DNA from: Polyangia bacterium
GTDB taxonomy: Bacteria > Myxococcota_A > Polyangia > JAAYKL01
NCBI GenBank assembly: GCA_050287845.1
Contig: JBNKCR010000045.1
Span: 15,233-79,232 of the forward strand
DNA length: 64,000 nt
Direction of reading: 5' to 3'
In this document: positions 10,146 through 20,156 of the stretch, in pieces
Layout: the number at the start of each line of letters is the position of its first letter
How positions within the stretch are numbered: position 1 is the first letter of the stretch
Translations under genes and position numbers: made by a program
Notes under the pieces: generated by a model
Database searches by the model: none
The model's input: only the letters and a program-made list of their open reading frames with translations
What the model was told of the DNA's origin: nothing

Positions 10146-11012
10146 TCATTTTTCGGCTTTCGGATAACTGAAGCTGACCAGACTGAATACAATATCTTCG
10201 CGACCGCCGCGGCCTTCATAGATGACCCGGCGCCGGACCATCCCGATGCCCGGCGCAAACCACGCGGTTTCCCGTCGGAACGGTTCCGTGGTCATCTCTG
10301 CCAGCACTTTGCGTCCCGCCTTGCCCGCCCGGATTTCCATCCGACTCAACCACGAAACGAGCCAGGCATCAAACACCCCGGCGGGTACAACGACCTTTTC
10401 CTTCTGTTTCACCTGTGCCCGGTCGGTCTGGATCATCACGGCATCTTCCACAATAATCTCCCGATTCCTTCCCCGGGACCGGTACTCTATATTCCGTTTC
10501 GCAGCGGATTGCCAGACCGCGTCTGCAATCATATACTTCATCGCAGGCAGCCATTTCCCTTCGTGCTGATACGGGGGACTGTCCAGATACTGCAATGGTG
10601 CAACGAAAGGCAAGTCCGAAATCTGCAGGTCCTCCCCCTGCATCCGCAGTGACACTTCCCGAACATTGTCACCGAACCCCATCTCAACGGTTCCCGGCAA
10701 ATCCGGTGTCGGCGCCGCAGTGATTTCAATGTGCCAACGATCAGATGGCGCCCGGTCCCCCCGACCGGTGACCACATACACCCACCGTGCCCCTTTCACC
10801 AGGGGAAACAGAGGATGCGGCCTGCCCACAATGGGCGCCACCGGATCCGTGCCTGAATGGGTGGCGACGGATTCCACTGATGACGAAGGGGATGTTTTCA
10901 TCGATGATTCCGTACCGGAATCCCCCGGCGAGGTCGATGGCTGTGGCCACAACACCGCAACCAGCAAACCTGCCGCAATCAGTATTAATATCACATCCCG
11001 AAGCCATCCCAT
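10146..11012 (-). CDS. Membrane-anchored hypothetical protein (VPAG-motif, DUF3108/TapB-like)
   Basis: N-terminal TM segment. FPLVKGARWVY, VVVPAGVFDAW, WFAPGIGMVRR pattern. Start reassigned to ATG 11012. Confidence 0.65.
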   Translation of the reverse strand: MGWLRDVILILIAAGLLVAVLWPQPSTSPGDSGTESSMKTSPSSSVESVATHSGTDPVAPIVGRPHPLFPLVKGARWVYVVTGRGDRAPSDRWHIEITAAPTPDLPGTVEMGFGDNVREVSLRMQGEDLQISDLPFVAPLQYLDSPPYQHEGKWLPAMKYMIADAVWQSAAKRNIEYRSRGRNREIIVEDAVMIQTDRAQVKQKEKVVVPAGVFDAWLVSWLSRMEIRAGKAGRKVLAEMTTEPFRRETAWFAPGIGMVRRRVIYEGRGGREDIVFSLVSFSYPKAEK

Positions 11013-11140
11013 GGCACGGAAGTGTAATTGAAATTCTGTCAATTGCCAGCAAAAATGCCATCGGCAACGTCCCAGTTCAGATTTGTACGCCAACAATCCC
11101 AAAGATAATCAGAGGACCACCGGATAGAAGAGGAGCCCGC

Positions 11141-12136
11141 TCAGGGGCAGGTGAGATATTCGCAAACATCCACGTTTTCGTATATCCGATTATTGGAAGT
11201 GGACTCCGCCGCCTCCACCCGAACAGTATACGACATCCCCGCCAGATAATCGGCGCAGGACATTCGTGCATTCAACCCCATATCGCAGGTTGCCGGAAAG
11301 GCCGCATCATCCTTGCAGAACGCGTAACAGATATTTTGCAGACAAGGAGTCCAGCCCCCCATGGGACCACAATAGGGTTGAACGGCAAATGTGAATTCCG
11401 GCGTTTCCACATCTTTATTTCCCTGGGTGTGACCCAGAAACCGGACCACGGAATAGATGGTGTCGGGGATTAAATCGTCACGCGATGATGACTGTATCAG
11501 AGCGTCTATTGTCGTCTGATTTGCATTCACCCCCTGGGTTACCCAGTCTGGAATATCTGGAGTGGTTGGCGCCTCATAATATGCCCTCAGTCCACTGAAG
11601 AAGACCGCGTCTCCAACATTCACCGATGACAAATCTGTGCAGCCATAAGCCGCTCTAAGCTCATTGACAGCACCCGAGGAGATCATCGTCGCGTGCAGCA
11701 GCTCCGATGACTCCGGTGGCAAATAGTGGTTATAGTTGAAATATTCCGTTCCATTCACACTCCCTTCATTCGGATCCAACGTATAAACTTCGTATCCATC
11801 CACCATAATCCCATTGGATTCGGCTCTCAGATTTCCGTAGTCCTCCCGGCTGATCAGGGCGTTGGTTCCGAGATAAAAAAGACTCGGGGCATCGGCCAGG
11901 GACAGATCCAGAGACACCGCAGGGGCCACAGCATCTCCTACGGATACCGTACATTCCGGTGGATCCGGGGGCGCCTTGGCATGCTCAATATAAAAAGACT
12001 GCTCGTTATCCACGCAGCCGATGGCCACTGTGAATACGAAGAAACTTAAAGCCAATCCAACTCGCACCATGGAAAGCCTCCCTGTCGTGACCCCGAAGGC
12101 GTCGCTGCTTTTAGTATTATACTTCTTTTTCACCAT
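11141..12136 (-). CDS. Hypothetical lipoprotein directly downstream of pilQ
   Basis: 331 aa, lipobox IGC, Cys-rich C-terminus, 14 bp after the pilQ stop. Confidence 0.75.
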   Translation of the reverse strand: MVKKKYNTKSSDAFGVTTGRLSMVRVGLALSFFVFTVAIGCVDNEQSFYIEHAKAPPDPPECTVSVGDAVAPAVSLDLSLADAPSLFYLGTNALISREDYGNLRAESNGIMVDGYEVYTLDPNEGSVNGTEYFNYNHYLPPESSELLHATMISSGAVNELRAAYGCTDLSSVNVGDAVFFSGLRAYYEAPTTPDIPDWVTQGVNANQTTIDALIQSSSRDDLIPDTIYSVVRFLGHTQGNKDVETPEFTFAVQPYCGPMGGWTPCLQNICYAFCKDDAAFPATCDMGLNARMSCADYLAGMSYTVRVEAAESTSNNRIYENVDVCEYLTCP

Positions 12137-12150
12137 CGTATCACCTTCAG

Positions 12151-15100
12151 TTACTGCCCGATACTTTCGGCCCGGTTGACGATTGTTGGCGTAATGAATA
12201 TCAGCATCTCCGAACGCCGGTCGGAATCCGATCTGGATTTAAACAGCCAACCGAGAATCGGTATATCTCCAAAGAACGGTACCTTCTTATAACTGCGACC
12301 ATGGTTACGCGTGAAAATACCGCCAATCACCGCTGTGTGACCATCATTCACGAGCAACTCGGTCTTGGCTTCCCGTTTCAGAATGGTGGGATCCCCCCGG
12401 GCGCCTTTGTTGTTGAAGTCCGGTTCATCGCGGGTCATGTTGATATCGAGCAACACGGACCCGTCGGCGGTCACATGGGGCGTTACTGTCAGATTCAATT
12501 TGGCTTCCTTGAATGATGTCTGCACACCACTGGCGGAAACACGGCTGTATGGAATCATCGTCCCCTGCTCAATATGGGCCTGCCGATTATCCAGGGTGAG
12601 AATTTTCGGCGAACTGAGAATTCTCAGGGTGCCTTCCTCCTCCATGGCGCTGAGCCGCAGGTTGAGATTTGCATTGTTCGAAATCGACCCCAGCGAAATT
12701 CCCAGCGCACCACCGGATCCGGTACCCGTCGCCGCCGGCAGATTCACTGCAAAATTCGGATTCGGCTGGCCGCCGGCCACCGGCGTCAGACCGGCGAGGG
12801 GGGCGTTGCTGTCCGTCGCGCCGCCCGCAACCCCCACCGAACTCGGGAAACCCAGTCCAGTCGGATTACCGGTAGCAGAACTGGCGGCAAAATCACCGCC
12901 CCACTGAATACCGATTTCCCTGGCAAAAGTGCTGGTGGCCTCCACAATCCGGCCTTCAATGAGCACCTGCGGGGTCTGGGTATCCAGATTTCGAATGAGT
13001 GCTTCCACCTGGTCCAGTGTTTCGGCCACATCCCGTGCAATAATCACATTCGTGCGGGAATCCACTGACAATTTTCCACGGTCCGTCAGCAAATCCTGCG
13101 CCCGGGGCATCAGCTCACCTGCTGTCGCATAAGAAACTGGAATCAAACGGGTTTCAAGAGGCTTAAGTTCCTTATTCATCTTGATGCGCTCAATGGCCTT
13201 CTCGTATTCTGCCTCCAGCACCGCCAACGGAGCTACCCGGATCAGATTACCCTGTTTCACCTTGCCCAGCCCCTTGGTCTGCAGTATCACATCCAGCGCC
13301 TGATCCCACGGCACCTCCCGCATGCGGATGGTCACCGACCCCTTCACATCCTCAGATGTGATGATATTGACCTGCCCCACATCCGCCAGCAGCCGAAGAA
13401 TGTTGTGAATATCCGCATTCTTGAAATCCAGATCAATTCTACGGCCGGTGTATTTTTCCTTTCGTTGCGACAAATCCGCCAGCGTCACCGAGTAGGCCGC
13501 CGTTCGTTCGGTCGGATATGCGTATGCGTCATTCTTCTCCCGATGCACCACCCGGGATGCACTGCCCAGCGGCGCTGCCGAGTCTTTACCGGTCGCGCCA
13601 TTGTCCGTGAACAGCCATTCGATGGATCCATCCCGCACATCCACCCGATTTGCGGCATGGCGACCCAGTTTCACCTCCACCCGTACCTTGTTGTCCTGAC
13701 GGTACGAACTGATGGAATCAATGACGCCGCCGAAATCGCGTACATCCAGCGTCCGCTCCAGCATGGGCAGCAACCGGGCATCTGAAAACTCCATCACCAT
13801 CACCCGGTTATTCTTTTCGGATTTTGAATATCGGAATTCGCCACTGCCGTTAATCACCACTTTCTGGCTGGCGCCCTTATTCACAAACTTAATATCCTGA
13901 ATGGCATTGGCTGCCGCCGCCGCCGTTGCTTTCCGTTCAGCTGAAAGCGATTTTTTGGGCGATTTTTTTGACTTCACCTTCTGGGCCGCTCTGGACTGTT
14001 CGGGGACGTCAGCGTACTTCTGCTGCAACTCCGCAAGGCGCTGCAGGCGAAGCTCCTCCTGGGTCACTTTTTTATTCCCGCTTTCGTCGGCGTCGCTTTT
14101 TTCAACGGCACTGTTCTTCGCCGCTGGCTCACTGACAGTATTTTTCGCCTGAACAATCGGTACAGTCGAAGCATATGGCGCTGAATTCGCCTTTGATTTC
14201 GCGGCTTCAAGACGCGCCTTCTGTTCCGCGGCAATAGCTTCCTCCGCCTTTTTCCGCAATTGCGCCACATTCAACTCAGCCTGTTTCTTCTCGGCCAGGG
14301 CTGCTTTTTTCACCTCTTCTGCCCGCTTCAGTGCACGCGTCAGCGCTACCTCTGCCTTCTTCGCCTCAGCCGATGCTTTCTCGGACTGTTTCTCCAGCTC
14401 TGCGATCCGCTTCTTCTGATCCACAATCGTCCGGTTGGCATCGTCCAGTCGCGCCGTCACTGCATTGATTCTGGCCACCACGCCATCGGTTTTTGACTGG
14501 GCATCCCGGGTTGCCGCCTCGGCCTCCTTTACCCGATCCTGCGCAGCTCTGAGTCTCGACGCAGCCGTGTCCTTCCATTTTTGAGATTCCTTGAGAATCC
14601 GCGCTCTCTCGGCCTCATGGGCAACAATTACCCGTTCCTTTTCCTCTCTTGCCGCGCGGGCATCAGCTTCTGCCGCAGCGACGGCATCTCCCAGTTTGGC
14701 CAACTTCTTCTCATAAGAATTTCTCTGGGTTGCGATTTTGGCTTCCGCTTCCTGTCTGGCCGTTTCTGCCCGCTCACTTTTTCGCTCCGCAATTTTCAAT
14801 GCCCGAAGGGTTTCATCCAGCTTCGAGTCAATCTCCTGATGGCGGGTTTCGGCTGCCACATACCGCTTCCTGGCCGAAACCGTCTCCTGCTGACGCTGCT
14901 GCAACTTTCGATACAGATAATCCCGATCCTTCTTATTGGCCGCACGGTATGCCTTTTCAGCCTCTTTCTGGGCCAATCGAGCGCGCTCCGCCTGCTTCCG
15001 GGCAGTTTCCTTCTCCATGAATGCCGACTTCACGCTGACCTTCATGTCCTCCACCGCCTGCATCGCTTTGCGTTTTTCCCGGGTGGCCTCGGCCGCTTCC

Positions 15101-16209
15101 GCCTTCACGCTATCCAGCTGCGCTGTCAGGGAGACCAGACGTGTTTCCAGAGACGCTCTCTGTTTTCGCTCCTTTTCGGCAACTTTCCTGGCTTCCTCAA
15201 CTTTGCGGGACAGATCTGCGACCCGACTGGCCGCATTTTTCTCGGCAACAACAATTTTTTCGTCGCTGCGTCTGGCCTTTGTGGCCTGTTCTTTCTGCAA
15301 TGTATCCAGATGCGCCTGGGCCAGTTCGGTTTCTTTTTGCGCCTGCTTCAATTTTTTATCGTAATGTGCCTGACTGGCTTTCAGCTTGCTGATTTCTGCA
15401 CGGGCGGTTCGCCACCGGCCCTCGGCATCAGATGCCACCGATTGCGCCGCGCTCACCTCTTTTTGCGCTGAAGCGATTCTGGCCTTTGCAGTGGCTGCTT
15501 CCTGCCTGGCGTCTGCCGCCTCGGTCCTTGCACGGGCAACTTCATTCTGTGCCTTTTTTATTGCTTCCTGAATTTCCTTTTCCGCTGCCTTCTGCGCCAT
15601 TGCCACGCGAGCATCCGCTTCCCGTTTCGCATCCCGCACCTGGGCGTCTGCCTCGCGCTGTGCCTGCCTGACCCGCTCATCAGCCGATTTCTGCGCCTGT
15701 TCAATCCGCTTCTCCGCGTTCGCCAGGGAAATCACCTGTTCCTTAGATGCAGATGCCGGCGTCACAGCTGCCGCTGTCTTCTGAGGTCCCCCGCTCAGGG
15801 TCACAATCAGCGTATTCCCTTTTACTTTCACCCGATATGATGCTTCCTTTCTGAAGTTCACCATCACCCGGCTGACCTTTACTTTTCCGGTGGTAAATTC
15901 GGATACCGCCACGCCACCGACGAGTTCAGTGGATTTTTCCAGCAATGACGGGACACCCTTCACTGAACTGTTGGCTAAATCCAGCACCAGACGCCGTGGG
16001 GTCGACAGCTTGAACGCCGTATACATCGGTCGGGAGGTACCTTTAACAGATATAATCGTCTGCCCTCCCCGTTGAACCACATCCACCGCGTGAATCTGAT
16101 TCATCTGATCCGGTGCAGCGGCCATTGTAGTGCCTGCGCAAACGGCAACCACAAACGCCACGAACAACGCTTTTGTAAACCTGTTTAATGTGATTCGGGA
16201 CCTGTTCAT
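12151..16209 (-). CDS. pilQ: Type IV pilus secretin PilQ with long coiled-coil insertion
   Basis: AMIN domains, YTGRRIDLDFKNADIHNILRLLA, VPWDQALD, secretin core with KVPFFGDIPILGWLFK. Follows pilMNOP. Confidence 0.95.
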   Translation of the reverse strand: MNRSRITLNRFTKALFVAFVVAVCAGTTMAAAPDQMNQIHAVDVVQRGGQTIISVKGTSRPMYTAFKLSTPRRLVLDLANSSVKGVPSLLEKSTELVGGVAVSEFTTGKVKVSRVMVNFRKEASYRVKVKGNTLIVTLSGGPQKTAAAVTPASASKEQVISLANAEKRIEQAQKSADERVRQAQREADAQVRDAKREADARVAMAQKAAEKEIQEAIKKAQNEVARARTEAADARQEAATAKARIASAQKEVSAAQSVASDAEGRWRTARAEISKLKASQAHYDKKLKQAQKETELAQAHLDTLQKEQATKARRSDEKIVVAEKNAASRVADLSRKVEEARKVAEKERKQRASLETRLVSLTAQLDSVKAEAAEATREKRKAMQAVEDMKVSVKSAFMEKETARKQAERARLAQKEAEKAYRAANKKDRDYLYRKLQQRQQETVSARKRYVAAETRHQEIDSKLDETLRALKIAERKSERAETARQEAEAKIATQRNSYEKKLAKLGDAVAAAEADARAAREEKERVIVAHEAERARILKESQKWKDTAASRLRAAQDRVKEAEAATRDAQSKTDGVVARINAVTARLDDANRTIVDQKKRIAELEKQSEKASAEAKKAEVALTRALKRAEEVKKAALAEKKQAELNVAQLRKKAEEAIAAEQKARLEAAKSKANSAPYASTVPIVQAKNTVSEPAAKNSAVEKSDADESGNKKVTQEELRLQRLAELQQKYADVPEQSRAAQKVKSKKSPKKSLSAERKATAAAAANAIQDIKFVNKGASQKVVINGSGEFRYSKSEKNNRVMVMEFSDARLLPMLERTLDVRDFGGVIDSISSYRQDNKVRVEVKLGRHAANRVDVRDGSIEWLFTDNGATGKDSAAPLGSASRVVHREKNDAYAYPTERTAAYSVTLADLSQRKEKYTGRRIDLDFKNADIHNILRLLADVGQVNIITSEDVKGSVTIRMREVPWDQALDVILQTKGLGKVKQGNLIRVAPLAVLEAEYEKAIERIKMNKELKPLETRLIPVSYATAGELMPRAQDLLTDRGKLSVDSRTNVIIARDVAETLDQVEALIRNLDTQTPQVLIEGRIVEATSTFAREIGIQWGGDFAASSATGNPTGLGFPSSVGVAGGATDSNAPLAGLTPVAGGQPNPNFAVNLPAATGTGSGGALGISLGSISNNANLNLRLSAMEEEGTLRILSSPKILTLDNRQAHIEQGTMIPYSRVSASGVQTSFKEAKLNLTVTPHVTADGSVLLDINMTRDEPDFNNKGARGDPTILKREAKTELLVNDGHTAVIGGIFTRNHGRSYKKVPFFGDIPILGWLFKSRSDSDRRSEMLIFITPTIVNRAESIGQ

Positions 16210-16281
16210 TGTCCACTCCTTTTATCCACCGAGAGCTGCGATTATGCACACGCAGATACATGTACACCTATGTGTAATTTT

Positions 16282-16310
16282 ATCCTACACTGTCACACAG
16301 CGTGTTTCAA
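16282..16310 (-). promoter_or_regulatory. Putative sigma70-type promoter between pilP and pilQ
   Basis: Minus strand TTGAAA-17 bp-TAGGAT preceded by A-tracts in a 157-bp gap. Confidence 0.45.
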
Positions 16311-16366
16311 AATTTTTGACCGTTTTTTTTAATTTTTTTTAGGAGAGAAAAATGATGCCGAATGAA

Positions 16367-17014
16367 TCAATCCTGGGGATACAGCGGCATAAACCGTTTC
16401 ACGTCGTCAGGGGTCGGCGTCAATGGATCGTCTCGAACCAGATAAACACCCCGCTCCTCTTTTTTGCCGGAGCCATGAATCCGCGCCACTTTCCAGTTGA
16501 TCTGAATTCTATCCGCGCCATTTCCCGGATCAATGAAATCGGGTTTTCCCACGTAGTCACCCCGACGCAAGATAAATCCCTCGTTGTTCGGAGGTACCAC
16601 CATGGCTCTGGGATCACCCACATTGGTAATAATGGCAATAAGACGTAGCTGTTCAATATCGTATTCTTCCAGCTTGATTTCCCGTTCAACGTTTTCCCGA
16701 ACTTCCGGTTTGGGAACAATTACTTCTATAAACGGCCGGAACGGATCCCGTCGTTTAATGCTCTCGATAAAATCGGTCTCCGCAATTTTAGGAGCACGAA
16801 TCGAGGCATTCACTTTTTCTTCGTTTTCTTTCAGCACCGCTCCGGCGCTACCCTTTTTCAGTTCCGCACGGGCTTCGGGGGAAGGTGTGCCAATCGGGGC
16901 ACTTCTTTGCGGTGGACGATAATCTGAATTCGGATCTTCTTCGCACGCGAAAATACCGATACACATCGCCAAAAGAAAAACGAGCAAACTGTTATATTTC
17001 ACTGCTTTTTGCAT
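16367..17014 (-). CDS. pilP: Type IV pilus assembly lipoprotein PilP
   Basis: Lipobox FAC, RRDPFRP, LEEYDIEQLRLIAII, operon position. Confidence 0.9.
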   Translation of the reverse strand: MQKAVKYNSLLVFLLAMCIGIFACEEDPNSDYRPPQRSAPIGTPSPEARAELKKGSAGAVLKENEEKVNASIRAPKIAETDFIESIKRRDPFRPFIEVIVPKPEVRENVEREIKLEEYDIEQLRLIAIITNVGDPRAMVVPPNNEGFILRRGDYVGKPDFIDPGNGADRIQINWKVARIHGSGKKEERGVYLVRDDPLTPTPDDVKRFMPLYPQD

Positions 17015-17025
17015 GTTTCCCTCTT

Positions 17026-17592
17026 CTAATTGGCATTATCCAGAGACCGGAATGTCACTGCCATCACATTCGCTGTCAGCTCTGCACCGTTTTCAGTCAC
17101 ACTCGGATTTGACAAATCGATATTTCCTACGTTGATGATTCGATCCAGTTTACCCACCTGAAAGAAAAATTTGGACAATTGCAGAAAACTGCCTTTCAGC
17201 TCCAGCTTCACCGGAATGGTCGCATAGTATTTTTCAGGGGCTTCCGCAAGGGGGGTCACCGACAGAATTTCGAGACCGGTCAGTTCCGCCACAGAATTCA
17301 GGTTGTTTAAAAAGGATGCCATCTCGCTTTCAACCGGCAACATCTGACGCTGTTTCACGGACGCGATTTTCAGATCTTCCATCCGCTGAACGTCTTCATC
17401 GTAGGTTTTCTTTCGCTTCTCCACTTCTTTCAATTTTTTCTCAAGCGTCTCATGTTGCGACTGCGCGCTCGTAAGGTCATCCTGAAGTGGCGAATAATAC
17501 ATCTGCCAGAAAATCAGTGCGATAAGCACCACCAGGACCCCGAGCATCAGCAGCTTCCTGGAAATTGGCATTTTCAAAAACTGGTCAAGCAT
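17026..17592 (-). CDS. pilO: Type IV pilus assembly protein PilO
   Basis: TM plus coiled coil, LP..SEMASFL, YYATIPVKLELKGSF, LDRIINV. Confidence 0.92.
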   Translation of the reverse strand: MLDQFLKMPISRKLLMLGVLVVLIALIFWQMYYSPLQDDLTSAQSQHETLEKKLKEVEKRKKTYDEDVQRMEDLKIASVKQRQMLPVESEMASFLNNLNSVAELTGLEILSVTPLAEAPEKYYATIPVKLELKGSFLQLSKFFFQVGKLDRIINVGNIDLSNPSVTENGAELTANVMAVTFRSLDNAN

Positions 17593-17606
17593 AATGATAC
17601 ACTCCG

Positions 17607-18269
17607 TTATCTGTACCGGATATCGCCGACGACTGTAAAGGAGACCACTTCCACTTTTCCATTTGCCCCCAGAGAGCGCGTATCAATGCTGGGCCCACTC
17701 AATTGTGTGGATACCAGCTCACTCGAAACAAAAAAGGACGACAGATTTATCCGTCTGAGAAACTCTGCCACGTCTTCGTGGCTCATTCCCTGACCCTTGA
17801 TTGTCACGCGTTTATCCTTTTCGGAAAACGATAATAACCATACGCGCCTGAAATCCCAATTTTCGTCATATCCCCTGGAGGGGTTCTTTTTTATGATCTC
17901 CTGATATTTTTCATCAGAAACAGTCGGCTTTCCATTTTTTGACAAAATTCGCGACAGTTCAAGCATCACCTGAACCGGGCCGGTTCGTGCAGCCTGCAAT
18001 TCATCGATGGCGTTCTGGCGCTGCTCATATTCATGAATCTCAGCGCGAATTTTGTCATGTCCCGCAATGGTATTGTTGATTCGACTGATATTCGCCTGCA
18101 ATGAGTTGTTCTGATTCTGCTGCTCGGCGATTTCGCTATCCAAATCGATACTCAACACCACCGCCACCACCAGTTCGAGGAAAATCACGAGAACACCGAT
18201 CAGCAGATGGTTGCGTCCCGCTTCTTTTCGGCGGTCCTGCTTGATCGGCAAAAGGTTGATTCTGATCAT
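17607..18269 (-). CDS. pilN: Type IV pilus assembly protein PilN
   Basis: MIRINLLP N-terminal motif, TM, coiled coil. Confidence 0.93.
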   Translation of the reverse strand: MIRINLLPIKQDRRKEAGRNHLLIGVLVIFLELVVAVVLSIDLDSEIAEQQNQNNSLQANISRINNTIAGHDKIRAEIHEYEQRQNAIDELQAARTGPVQVMLELSRILSKNGKPTVSDEKYQEIIKKNPSRGYDENWDFRRVWLLSFSEKDKRVTIKGQGMSHEDVAEFLRRINLSSFFVSSELVSTQLSGPSIDTRSLGANGKVEVVSFTVVGDIRYR

Positions 18270-19331
18270 TCAGATTCGCTCCTTTTGCTTCCGAAGCGCC
18301 AACCCGAGGCAAATGGATGCCTGAGGTGCCTGAGTCTTCAGTACTTGCGGATTAAATTTTCGTTCGTCGTACAATACGCGCCTGAAAGGGTCGAGCAACT
18401 CAACGGGAACTCTGGAGCGTCGTTCGATTGAATTGCGAAGGTGCAGAATATTCGCTGTTCCCCCGGTGACAAAAATTTTATGAACATCACCTTTATTTGA
18501 TGTCGCCATATAAAAGTCAAGAGAACGCTGAATTTCGCCGGCCAGAGAATCCACAACGCTCGATACAATTTCATCCACTTCCCGGGGAATGACCGAATGC
18601 GCGCTGGCGTCTCCACCGGACTTGTACGTCTCAGCTTCTTCATAACTCACCTGAAGCTGCTTCTGAATCTCTTCGGTAATGGCGTTGCCACCATTGCTGA
18701 TATCACGGGTAAACTGGGACACGCCATCGGAAACAATATTGATTGTCGTCACCTCAGCGCCCACATTCAGCAGTGCCAGGATCTCATTGGGAGTATATCC
18801 GTAGTTCAGTTCGTACACATTCTGAATGGCGAACGCATCAATATCCACCACCATGGGCTTCAGTCGCGCCTCTTTCACCACTTCGAGCAAATCCTGAATC
18901 TCATCTTTTTTGGCAGCCACCAGAAGCACATCCATCTGACCCGCTTCGGCATTCTGCGACAGAATATTGTAATCCAGCTCCACTTCCGAAATATCAAAGG
19001 GAATATGCTGCTCCGCTTCCCACTGTATCTGTTCTTCCAACTCATCCGGTTTCATTTGCGGCAGGTTGAGTTTCTTGATGATGACTGAATTTCCCGAAAT
19101 GGAAAGCGCCACTTCCCGCTGAGCAATCTTGTGATCGTGAAACAGTTTCCGAAGACTATCAACTACCACACCATGATTCATCACATGACCATCCACAATA
19201 GACTGGGGAGGCAGCTTTTCAATACCATGCTTCAGCAGATGGTATCCCTTGCCAGACTTTCGAAGCTGAAGAACCTTGATAGAGGACGTGCCAATATCAA
19301 CGCCTACTAAATGCTTTCCTTCAAATAACAT
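18270..19331 (-). CDS. pilM: Type IV pilus assembly protein PilM
   Basis: VGVDIGTSSIK, EAEQHIPF, VLLVAAKK, EIQRSLDF, VTGG actin-like motifs. Confidence 0.96.
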   Translation of the reverse strand: MLFEGKHLVGVDIGTSSIKVLQLRKSGKGYHLLKHGIEKLPPQSIVDGHVMNHGVVVDSLRKLFHDHKIAQREVALSISGNSVIIKKLNLPQMKPDELEEQIQWEAEQHIPFDISEVELDYNILSQNAEAGQMDVLLVAAKKDEIQDLLEVVKEARLKPMVVDIDAFAIQNVYELNYGYTPNEILALLNVGAEVTTINIVSDGVSQFTRDISNGGNAITEEIQKQLQVSYEEAETYKSGGDASAHSVIPREVDEIVSSVVDSLAGEIQRSLDFYMATSNKGDVHKIFVTGGTANILHLRNSIERRSRVPVELLDPFRRVLYDERKFNPQVLKTQAPQASICLGLALRKQKERI

Positions 19332-19622
19332 TTAATCATCCTCAAAAACTTTTCGGCGGTCAGCGACTTTAAGCCCCAACGCCTTCAATATTTTGCGTTT
19401 TGTATCCATCCTGCAACCGAAGCCGTTTTCAATTCGAGTAATTGTGAGCACCGAAAGCCCGGCCTTCCTCGCCAACTCTGCCTTGCTCATCATGTTCTCA
19501 ATTCGAAATTCCCGAAGATTGTTTTTTGGCTTGGCAGCTGCGGGATCGCCCGCTTCTTCTCTGCCAGGCTGCTTTCCATCCTCGGTAATGACTCTGGCGT
19601 CTTTCCCCGAATCTTCTATCAT
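19332..19622 (-). CDS. XRE-family helix-turn-helix regulator heading the pil operon
   Basis: MMSKAELARKAGLSVLTITRIENG HTH. Its stop codon abuts the pilM ATG. Confidence 0.88.
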   Translation of the reverse strand: MIEDSGKDARVITEDGKQPGREEAGDPAAAKPKNNLREFRIENMMSKAELARKAGLSVLTITRIENGFGCRMDTKRKILKALGLKVADRRKVFEDD

Positions 19623-20156
19623 TACTGGCCTCCACCTACTGAAGGTATCATCTGTTTTTAAGGCCGCATACCTTTATGGCATGCGAGCGCACTCGTCCTG
19701 ACCACTCAACCGAATTCATTTTTAACCGTCTCAAGTTTTCCCCAATCTTTTTTAAGTTTTAAGATAATTACGTATAATTCACATATAAATTAATATTGAG
19801 TTATAGCAAATTAGTTAAGTACTTCGTGTTCAACACATTGTCACCCGAATCCCGAGGCGGGTCAAATTTTTTGCACATCGATGAACTGGACCACCGAAAA
19901 TGGTCGGGGTCTACCCGTACACCGGTGTCAAACAAGACCCACCGGAGAAGGTGGGTGGAAAAATGCCGCAATATACCATTTTTCACCTATGTTAATTATG
20001 ACTGCTCGATCATTTCCCGAACCCACTGATGGGTATAATGTGACCCCACCATTAACCACCTCACTCCTTAACCCCCTATAAATACAACACTTTTTTTTAG
20101 GCATACCCTTTGCTTTAATGCTGGGCCAACGCAACTCCCGCAAAAGGACACAAACA

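Noticed and set aside
19623..20156. Possible cyclic-dinucleotide riboswitch upstream of the pil operon
   Set aside because: Small hairpins are present, but I could not find the GEMM consensus by eye. An Infernal/Rfam scan would be needed.
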